Part shown: piece by piece, positions 11,864 through 20,300 of the stretch
Numbering within the stretch: position 1 is the stretch's first letter
Layout of the letters: every line of letters starts with the position of its first letter
Source: Spirochaetia bacterium
GTDB taxonomy: Bacteria; Spirochaetota; Spirochaetia; SZUA-6; Bin103
Assembly: GCA_965208575.1 (NCBI GenBank)
Contig: CBDBOV010000006.1
Location: forward strand, 1,536,001-1,600,000
Direction of reading: 5' to 3'
Length of the DNA stretch: 64,000 nt
The notes under the pieces: generated by a model
Database searches by the model: none
Told to the model about the DNA's origin: nothing
Seen by the model: only the letters and a program-made list of their open reading frames with translations
Made by a program: the position numbers and the translations under genes

Positions 11864-12615
11864 ACTTCCGCTGCGCGCAGGCGCAGGTAGGTCAGGAACC
11901 AGAACAACGGCCCCATCACGGCCCAGAAGAAGATCTTCGCACCGAGTTCGACAGCCTCCGCGAGGCGCGGCGAAAAATCCACCAGGTGCACGTCGCGGTC
12001 GAGGCCGGCAAAGACAGCGGGAAACAGGAGCCAGGCCAGTCCGGCGGCGAGCAGCGTCAGCGCCAGCAAGAGCGCGGAAGTGGTCAGGACCACTTTGAAC
12101 GCGTGCCAGCGGCGGAAGTAGACCGCTCCGAACAGGTACAGGGAACTGGCCACCAGGTAGGCAAGTACCGCGCGCCAGGAATCGGCGTCGGGGACGAAGA
12201 TACCGTGTGAACGGCGCCAGATCAGCTCGCTTACCCCGGCGCCGAGCAGGGACACCAGGAAGTAGCCGGCCACGGCCGCGGCGGCGACGCCGACCGTGGA
12301 AAGCAGCAGCCGTACCAGCCAGCGTTCCAGCGTCGACACCGGCAGGGTCAGGTAGGCGTGCGCGCGCGGCTTGTCGTGCAGATCGGTGAACAGGGAACTG
12401 GTGAACAGCACGCCGCCGACCACCAGGACCAGCGGAAACAGCACCGCGTGCAGGGCCGCGTCGTGCGCGTTGCGCGCCGCTATCACGCCGATTGCCAGAA
12501 TCAGCGCCGCTGCCGAGCCCGCCCCGACCAGGACAGCCCGGTGGTGCTGCACGAGATCGGCGCGCAGCGCGTACCACGCGCGCGTCACCGAGAATGCGTC
12601 GTTGCTGTGCATCAT
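11860..12615 (-). CDS. ABC transporter membrane subunit
   Basis: About six hydrophobic segments and 'YLTLPVSTLER'; lies between the ATPase and GntR genes. Confidence 0.8.
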   Translation of the reverse strand: MMHSNDAFSVTRAWYALRADLVQHHRAVLVGAGSAAALILAIGVIAARNAHDAALHAVLFPLVLVVGGVLFTSSLFTDLHDKPRAHAYLTLPVSTLERWLVRLLLSTVGVAAAAVAGYFLVSLLGAGVSELIWRRSHGIFVPDADSWRAVLAYLVASSLYLFGAVYFRRWHAFKVVLTTSALLLALTLLAAGLAWLLFPAVFAGLDRDVHLVDFSPRLAEAVELGAKIFFWAVMGPLFWFLTYLRLRAAEV

Positions 12616-12621
12616 ACCCTC

Positions 12622-13506
12622 CTATTCCCTGTTCCCGGCGGCGGGGGCGAACGCCGCTGCCACGCGCCGGTGATCGGCAACTACCGAGTTGAACAGCAAT
12701 TCCAGGTCAACGGCCGCCTCCGCGAGCGGTGCGCCACGCGCAGCGGCCACCAGGGCGCGGCCCGCGGGCGCGGCGCCGATGCCCGAGCCCGGCTCGGCGT
12801 AGATGGTCTCGCCGTCGTCCGGCGGCCCCACGGCGACGGCATCGCGCACCGCCAGGGCGCCGGAGATCTCCTCCACCGAGTGCTGAAACACGATCCGCCC
12901 CTGCTCCAGGATCACGATCGGGTCGATCAGGTGCTCCAGGTCGCGCACCTGGTGGGTCGACACGACGATCACGCGGTCATCGGCGGCTGCGCCCGCGAGC
13001 AGGCGGCGGAACTGACCCTTGGCGGGAATGTCGAGACCGTTGGTGGGCTCGTCCAGTATCAGCAGCCGGCAGCGCGTGGCCACGGCGAAGGCGAGCAGCA
13101 CCTTCTTCTTCTGGCCGTAGGAGATCGCGGTCATGCTGCGCTCCGGGTCCACCTCCAGGTCGGCCAGGTGGCGTGCCATGGCGGCGTGGTCGAAGCGGGG
13201 GTAGAACACGCCGTACAGCCGGGCGAGCGCGAGCGGCGACAGCGCCGGCGTGTGGAACTCCTCCGGCACGAAGTACAGCTCGCGCAGGAACGACGGCGTG
13301 CGGCGCCGCACCTCCTCGCCCGCCACGCGGGCGCTGCCCTCGTTCGGGAACAGCAGCCCCGCCATCAGCCGCAGCAGCGTGGTCTTGCCGGCGCCGTTGC
13401 GGCCGAGCAGCCCGTACACGTTACCGGGCGTGAGCGCAAGGTCGAGCCGGTCGAACAACCGCTCCCCCCTGCGGTATCCGAACGTGATTCGTTGCAGGTC
13501 TACCAT
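12622..13506 (-). CDS. ABC transporter ATP-binding protein (YtrB-like)
   Basis: GRNGAGKT, 'ISYGQKK', 'ILDEPTNGLD', 'STHQ'; GAGGAGG RBS. Confidence 0.92.
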   Translation of the reverse strand: MVDLQRITFGYRRGERLFDRLDLALTPGNVYGLLGRNGAGKTTLLRLMAGLLFPNEGSARVAGEEVRRRTPSFLRELYFVPEEFHTPALSPLALARLYGVFYPRFDHAAMARHLADLEVDPERSMTAISYGQKKKVLLAFAVATRCRLLILDEPTNGLDIPAKGQFRRLLAGAAADDRVIVVSTHQVRDLEHLIDPIVILEQGRIVFQHSVEEISGALAVRDAVAVGPPDDGETIYAEPGSGIGAAPAGRALVAAARGAPLAEAAVDLELLFNSVVADHRRVAAAFAPAAGNRE

Positions 13507-13541
13507 CTTCCCTCCTCGTCGCTGGCGGCGACCTCTTCCAT

Positions 13542-13565
13542 AGTGTACTACTGCAATAGTACAGT
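13542..13565. promoter_or_regulatory. YtrA-type operator palindrome
   Basis: AG-TGTACTA-ctgcaa-TAGTACA-GT in an AT-rich patch about 40 bp upstream of the ABC-GntR operon. Confidence 0.75.
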
Positions 13566-13731
13566 GGCAAGACATAGAGGGAGTATGGCAGCCAATACCG
13601 GTACACGGTGCCCTTCCGGCGCCGTGCAGGGCTGGCCGGCGCCGCCGGAATCGGCGATAATGGCTGCGAGGGCCCGGCTGCGCCACACCTGCACGGCGCC
13701 CTCGCAGGCGAGGGGCAAGGAGCAGGCAGGC

Positions 13732-14922
13732 ATGGCAGTTGCGAAACCCGTCCGGTCGACGACCGATCCTGCGCCTCGTCCCGCGTCGACGGCCATGGAC
13801 GGCGCTGGTGCCCTCGCGCCGTTCGGGGCCGCCGGGATCGCCGCCCGGCTCATCAGCTATTCCGCGCTCGACCGCTACTTCCGGCAGCCCGCCGCGGGCG
13901 GCGAGCCGGTACGGTACGTGGCCGCCGACGCCACGGTGGTGGAGATCGCGCCGCTGTTCGACGAGCTGCAGTTCGGCAGCGAACCGATGTCGGACGCGAT
14001 CGCCGTGCATGGCGGGGTGCGGCTTTGCATCCGCTGCAGCGACGGTGCCGACACCAGGGGCTTTCCGTTCTCGGTACAGCAGCTTGGCTTCGATGTGCAG
14101 CGCGGCGTGTTCCTGGACCCGTCCGGGGTCTACTACGACCTGCGCAAGCCGGCGCTGGTCGGCCGCGCTACCCACCTGGAGTGGTGGCAGGTTGTCGCGG
14201 AGGCCGCGCAGCTCGTCTCCCGCTACCACTACACCTTCGAGCCGGATGCGGATTGGTTCGATGCGCCGGTGCCGCCGGCGCCGGCCCCGTACCAGCGCCA
14301 CCTGCTGGAGCGCATTCTCACCAGCCGCGCGCCGGCCAACGGGCTGCGCCTGCTGCACGACGCCGGCATCGTGGCAAGCTGGTGGCCGGAACTGGCGGCG
14401 ATGGCGCGGGTGGACCACGCCAAGGAGCACCACCCGGAGGGCGGCGTGTGGGAGCACACCCTGGCCACCTTCGCGCACCGCAAGTCACCCGACCTGGTGC
14501 TGTCGCTCGGGCTGCTGCTGCACGACGTGGGCAAGCCGCGGGCCACGCCGCGGGACGGCAAGCGGTTCTTCGCCCATGCCGACATCGGCGCCCGCGTGGC
14601 GCGGCGCTTCCTCGGCCGTCTTGGCTTCGCGCCGAAACTGATCGACGCGGTGGCGTTCCTGTCGCGCAACCACATGATGCCGGCCGCCCTCGGCCGCGTG
14701 CGCCCCGAGCACGCCGAGGAACTGATGAGCTCGCACCTGTTCCCGCACCTGCTGGAGCTGTACCGCGCCGACATGATGTCCAGCTTCGCCAGCCCGGAGC
14801 CCTACTACCACGCCTGCCGCCTCTACCAGCGCCACCTGCGTGGCCGCCCCCTGCCGCAGCGCACCGCCACCCCCGGCCGCCGCCGCGGCCCCCGCCCCCG
14901 CGCCCGCCGCTTCAAGGGCTGA
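13732..14922 (+). CDS. HD-domain protein related to the body of CCA-adding/poly(A) polymerases
   Basis: 'HHPEGGVWEHT', 'LLHDVGKP', 'FFAHADIGA', 'NHM'. The N-terminal nucleotidyltransferase motifs look degenerate; start uncertain. Confidence 0.75.
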   Translation: MAVAKPVRSTTDPAPRPASTAMDGAGALAPFGAAGIAARLISYSALDRYFRQPAAGGEPVRYVAADATVVEIAPLFDELQFGSEPMSDAIAVHGGVRLCIRCSDGADTRGFPFSVQQLGFDVQRGVFLDPSGVYYDLRKPALVGRATHLEWWQVVAEAAQLVSRYHYTFEPDADWFDAPVPPAPAPYQRHLLERILTSRAPANGLRLLHDAGIVASWWPELAAMARVDHAKEHHPEGGVWEHTLATFAHRKSPDLVLSLGLLLHDVGKPRATPRDGKRFFAHADIGARVARRFLGRLGFAPKLIDAVAFLSRNHMMPAALGRVRPEHAEELMSSHLFPHLLELYRADMMSSFASPEPYYHACRLYQRHLRGRPLPQRTATPGRRRGPRPRARRFKG

Positions 14923-15006
14923 ACTGCAATCGGCACGTCGTTCGCACTCTGCCGCCAGGCGGGCGAACGATTATCCATTTTCGAGAATTCCTGTATTGTG
15001 GAAATC

Positions 15007-15258
15007 ATGAGAGCCGTCATCAACGTCACGGAGCGCGGAGTTCTGACACTGCCGGTGCGATTCAGGAGAGAGCTTGGACTCACCGGAGACAACCTGGTGA
15101 TTGCCGAATCGACGCGAGAGGGGGTGCTGCTGCGCCCGGCGGTTGCGCTGCCAATCGAGATCTACACCGACGAGCGGGTCCAGGAGTTCAACGAATCAGA
15201 GGCGGAGTTGGCGGCTGAATTCGGCGCCAGGAGTGACCGGAGCGGCCGGCCCGATTAG
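15007..15258 (+). CDS. AbrB/MazE-like antitoxin
   Basis: 'VTERGVLTLPVRFRRELGL...GVLLRP', acidic tail, directly upstream of a PIN gene. Confidence 0.85.
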   Translation: MRAVINVTERGVLTLPVRFRRELGLTGDNLVIAESTREGVLLRPAVALPIEIYTDERVQEFNESEAELAAEFGARSDRSGRPD

Positions 15259-15259
15259 G

Positions 15260-15667
15260 GTGCGGATATTCCTGGACGCGAACATCCTGTTCTCCGCAGC
15301 GCAGACCGACGGCGCCGTGCGGAAACTCGTCAATCGTCTTCGCGAGTCGGACCACCGGTTGGTGGTGGACGCATTCGTGTGGGAGGAAGCCAGGCGGAAC
15401 TTGCTTGCACGATTCCCGACAGCGCTGCCCGCGCTCGATGCCCTCACTCCAGCGATCCAACTCGTCCCGCTCCAGGGCAAGGATCAGCGTGCCGGGGATT
15501 TGCCGGTCGATGACAAGGACAAGCCGGTGCTGGCGGCGGCAATCGCCCTCGGCTGCGATGCCCTTGTCACCGGCGACCGCACCCATTTCCGTCACCTGTT
15601 CGGCAAGGCCGTGCAGGGGGTCAAAGTCCTGAGTCCGACGCTCGCCGCTCGATCGCTGCTGCGCTGA
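15260..15667 (+). CDS. PIN-domain (VapC-like) toxin
   Basis: 'IFLDANILFS', 'WEEARRN', 'DKDKPVLAAA', 'LVTGDRTHF'. Confidence 0.88.
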   Translation: MRIFLDANILFSAAQTDGAVRKLVNRLRESDHRLVVDAFVWEEARRNLLARFPTALPALDALTPAIQLVPLQGKDQRAGDLPVDDKDKPVLAAAIALGCDALVTGDRTHFRHLFGKAVQGVKVLSPTLAARSLLR

Positions 15668-15846
15668 CCGGCTGCGGTCGGCAGTCGGTCGTTACCGACC
15701 CGTGCGGGTTCGCGACGCCGCTCAGCCGCCACCAACCGAGTCATGGGGCCGAGCGCAACGTCGACGAGATACTATCAATTTCTCTATTGTTGATGTTTCT
15801 TGATACAGCCTTGCCATCAATCATCAATTTTCGGAATAATGATACT

Positions 15847-17205
15847 GTGAAGCTGCCGCGTAAGCCGCCCCCGCTGGCCGAGTTGCTTGCCGAGCATCAC
15901 CAGCGGCTCGCACGGATTGTCGGCGCAGGTATCGCATCCACCGACGATGGCCGTTACCTGCATTGGGACAAGCTGCGCTTTCTTGCCGTCCCGGCGGGTC
16001 TGTTGAACCACGAGGAGTGGTGGCTCGCGGTCAAGGTGGCGCGTAACGGCCTGTATCACAACCTGCCGCTACGGGACGGCGGTGGGCGTCCGTTCGTGTA
16101 CCTGCTGCCCGACCGGGCACAGGAGGCGCTGCATCGCATCGACGGCCATGGCCGTGCAGGGCCCGGCGCCGCCGCAGGGCAACCGGCAGGCGCAGATGCG
16201 CGCAGTCACCTCGTCGACTCGCTGATAGAAGAGGCGATCGCGTCCAGCCAATTGGAAGGCGCATCGACCACGCGCGCGGTGGCGGCGCGCATGATCCGCT
16301 CCGGGCGCCGGCCGCGCGACCGCGGCGAGCAGATGATCCTCAACAACTACCGGGCGATGGCGTCGGTCCGCCGCCTCGCGGATACCCCGTTGACCGAACA
16401 GGCGGTGCTGGATCTCCACGCCGTGCTTACCGCCGACACGCTCGCCGATCTGGAGGATGCCGGCCGCTTGCAGCGCCCCGGTGATCAGCGCGTCCAGGTG
16501 TGGGACAGCCGCGACCAGACGGTGCTCCACTCGCCTCCTCCCGCTGACGAATTGCCCGACCGGTTGCGGGAGATGGTTCGGTTCGCCAACCATGGCACCG
16601 GTGACGGGTCGTTTCTGCATCCCGTCGTGCGCGCCATCGTCCTGCACTTCCAGCTCGCCTACGATCACCCGTTCGCGGACGGCAACGGACGCACCGCCCG
16701 CGCGCTGTTCTACTGGGCGATGCTGCGCCACGGCTACCGCATGTTCGAGCTGGCCTCCATCAGCCGCGTCATTGCCGCTGCACCAGCGCAATACGCGCGC
16801 GCCTATCTGCACACCGAGACCGACGACAATGATCTGACCTACTTCATCGTCCACCAGCTCGACACCATGCTGCGCGCCATGGCCGATGTCGAGTCGTACG
16901 TGGTCAGGCGGATAGAACAGTTCCGGCAGGTCGAGGCGACGCTGAAGCGTTCCACCGACCTCAACCATCGTCAGCTCGCCGTGCTGGCGCACGCCATCCG
17001 CCACTCCGACGCCGAGTACACGATCCGGTCGCACCGAACCAGCCACTCCGTCGCCTACGCCACCGCCCGCGCCGACCTGTTCAGACTCGCCGACCTCGGC
17101 CTCCTGGAACGACGCCGCGCAGGTCGCCGCAGCTACCAGTTCTGGCCGCCCCCCGACCTGGCCGACCGAATACGTTCCGCTCCGTCGGCAGTAGCGGCGT
17201 CATGA
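15847..17205 (+). CDS. Fic-family protein with autoinhibitory motif and C-terminal HTH
   Basis: Canonical HPFADGNGRTAR, inhibitory 'SSQLEG', C-terminal 'YATARADLFRLADLGLL'. Confidence 0.92.
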   Translation: MKLPRKPPPLAELLAEHHQRLARIVGAGIASTDDGRYLHWDKLRFLAVPAGLLNHEEWWLAVKVARNGLYHNLPLRDGGGRPFVYLLPDRAQEALHRIDGHGRAGPGAAAGQPAGADARSHLVDSLIEEAIASSQLEGASTTRAVAARMIRSGRRPRDRGEQMILNNYRAMASVRRLADTPLTEQAVLDLHAVLTADTLADLEDAGRLQRPGDQRVQVWDSRDQTVLHSPPPADELPDRLREMVRFANHGTGDGSFLHPVVRAIVLHFQLAYDHPFADGNGRTARALFYWAMLRHGYRMFELASISRVIAAAPAQYARAYLHTETDDNDLTYFIVHQLDTMLRAMADVESYVVRRIEQFRQVEATLKRSTDLNHRQLAVLAHAIRHSDAEYTIRSHRTSHSVAYATARADLFRLADLGLLERRRAGRRSYQFWPPPDLADRIRSAPSAVAAS

Positions 17206-17246
17206 TCCGGTCAGTCCGCATCGGCGGCCTCAAGCGCGGTTGGTAG
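17202..17246 (+). pseudogene. 5' remnant of an ABC/AAA ATPase gene homologous to 25391..27043
   Basis: atgatccggtcagtccgcatcggcggcctcaagcg (MIRSVRIGGLKR) matches atgattcggtcggtttgcattcgcggcttcaagcg (MIRSVCIRGFKR), with the same ATGA overlap. Confidence 0.7.
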
Positions 17247-17333
17247 CCGTGAGCCCGCGAACGCCGAGACCTCTGACATCCTCGAGTGTCGCCGGTGAAG
17301 CCCCGACGGTAGTAGATTCGGTCGCTGCTACCT

Positions 17334-20300
17334 ATGGATTTCGAGACAAGCGAAGCCAACCCAAGCGAGAATAACGAGCTGGTGGCCAGCGATGACGCCA
17401 CCGAACTGCAGGCTCGATCCGCCGGTGTAAGCCCCTACGCTACCGGTGGTGGCGGCGTCACCTTTGAACGCAAGGTAGCGGTGCAGTACCTTGCACATCT
17501 GCTTGTTGGCGACAGTGCCACTGAACTCGGAGGTGGTCGCCGTGTCGTGAGCGTGGAGTTCCAGCAGGCTCCAGACCATCCTGTCGATGACCTCGTGGTG
17601 AGCGCGGCACTATCCGACGAGATACGGCCGTCACTGGTGCTCAGCCTCGCGGTTCGGCGTTCCCCGAATCTCGTGACGAGCGACGAGTCGACGCGCAAGC
17701 TTGTCCGGCAATTCGTCGAGGCGATGGCGAACGCGCAGACGGAGGGACCAGAACACCGGATGTGCCTCGTCGTCGCAGGACCACAAGAGCAGGCCAAGCA
17801 AATTGCGACTCTGGCCAGTCACGCAGCGGTCCAGATGGACGCGATCGGCTTCTTCCGGCTCATCAGTACGCCACGCAAGTTCCAAGCTGCCATTCGAGAC
17901 AGGCTCTCTCAACTCGTAGCTCTCGTGGAGCATGCGCTCTGTGACCTCGGCGTTGCAGACACTGGTAGTGCACTGGTACAGCAACGAACCTGGGAGCTGC
18001 TCTCGCGGCTGGCGGTGCTCATGCCACGGCTCGAGTTCCCCGACGAGACGGATTGGGCAAACGTAGCGAACAGTCTAATTCCAGTAGCGCGTGGGCCCGA
18101 CCCGACGGCAGGGTCGCAGCTTCGTGATTGGCTCGTCGCCCTTGTCAACGACTATTCGCCGAAGGCCGCGCGGGTAGATCTGAAACTGTTGCGACGCGAC
18201 GCGCGCGCGATGCTCAATTCAACGACGCGGCGAAACCAGAAGGGCTGGCAGGTACTCGACCATCTCCATCGAATGGCGCTTGCGGCAGTGCGGGACGAGA
18301 TCACCGGAAGCGATGGCAGTCGCGTGAGTATAGATCGAAGCGGGGAAGCGGCGAAGTTGATCGCAACCGCGGCCAAGAGTCCAGCGACTATCGTGAGCGG
18401 GGAATCAGGCGTAGGAAAGAGCGCACTAGCGGTGTTGGGAGTCACAGCCGCTAGTGGCACGGGTTCGGACAGCATACAGACGTTGTGCATCAACCTGCGT
18501 CAGATCCCCATGTTGCCCGTTGAGTTCGAAGCCACATTAGGGTGTCGGCTCGCGACGCTTCTGTGCGAATTGAGTGCGTCACAGCGCGTGCTCATTATTG
18601 ACGCAGCGGACGCCATCACCGAAGGCAGGACAGACGCATTCCGCTACTTGGTCGACGCGGCTCACAACAGCGAGATAACGGTTATCGCTGTCACGTCAGC
18701 CGAGAGCCGGCAGGTCGTGAGAGATGCGCTCGCTGATTGTCTCGGTACGGCAGCCAAAGAACATACGGTAGCGCCGCTGAGCGACGCTGAGATAGGTGAC
18801 ATCGTCAACACCTTCACGGAGTTAAACAACCTTAGTTCCAGCGCGCGGGCGCGTGTACTCCTGCGTCGGCTTGTAGTAGTAGATCTGCTCGTGCGAGTTC
18901 GTGTACAGGGTGTCCCGCTCACCGATTCAGATGCGGTGCAGGAAGTGTGGTCCGGGCTCGTCCGTCGGCGCGAGATGTCTGACAGAGGGGCACCGGATGA
19001 CCGGCAACTCGTACTCCTTAAGCTGGCCGATCTCGCGCTCCGTGGCGTCAGCCAAGTGGATGAGAGCAGTAGCTTCGATTCCGCTGCTGTTGCTGGATTG
19101 CGACGTGATGGGTTGCTGCGCACTTCGCAAGACGATCCGTTCAAGATCGGCCCCGAGTTCGCGCACGATGAGGTGCGCCGCTACGCAGTCGCTCGCCTTT
19201 TGCTGTCCGACGACACACCTGCTACAAGAATCCTGCAGGCTGGAGCGCCTCGCTGGTCTCTCTCCGCCGCACAGCTCGCTTGTCAGGCTTTGTTGGCGCT
19301 CCCCGACACGGCCACAATTCCTTTGAGCGGTCGGCTCGGTCGGTTGCAGGCATCTTTTGATCGGCTCGTCGACGCAGGACATGGAGTTCGCTGGGGGGAC
19401 GTACCGGGTGAGGGCTTGCTCGCGCTGGCCGATCCCAACGCGGTATTGCGGGATGCGTGGACCGACTTGCTCGCCGGTGACGGTGCCGGCCTACGACGGC
19501 TTGCCCGCTTGGTCGACCAACGGCACCGACGCGACCGTAGCGTCGTCGACATCCGTGTGGTCGAGCCGATCATCACGTTGCTTCTCGATGACGCTGCCCC
19601 GTGGCAGCTGGGTAAATATGCCCAAGACATTCTGCGGGACTGGTTGCATGCACACGTGGTCGCCAAGACCCGCGCCCAGCATCCGCTACGTATCCTGCTT
19701 CGCGAGCGTCTCATTGATGCGTGTGCAGCGGGGGACCGTCGCCTTGCCGAGGAGCGGGTAGCCGCAGCCGCCAAGCGCGCCGCGCGCGCATCGGAGGAAA
19801 TCGAGAGAGAGCGCCGGTTCATGGAGAACCACAGCGAACTCTTCAAAGAATTAGGTTACGGCGGTCGTCGGCGGCGTAAGCGGCCCGACGTTCCCCGCGA
19901 GATCACAAACGAGATTGTTCTTGAGCTTCTGGCCCTGCTCGGGCCCGACCTTGGCAGCGGCGGTGAAGCGATCCTTTTGCGTGTCGCGCAGGACGCACCG
20001 GAGTGGCTCGCCCCTACCGTCGAAGGACTCCTGACAGGTCATGCACTCGCCAACTATGGCCGGGGGCTTCTGGCCCGACTTACCGAGGCCTACTATCTCG
20101 ATGACGAGTCCGCCGGTTCCGACATCCATGACGATGGGATTCGCGACCACAACAATCGGAGCTTCGGCACGCCTCTCCCTGCGTGGTATCGTGGTCCGTT
20201 CATGGCGCTGTTCGAGACTGACTTCCGCAACGGCGTTGCGGTACTTAACCGCTTGCTCAACCATGCTGCGCGCACGCGCGTTAGCACCCTAACCCGTCTC

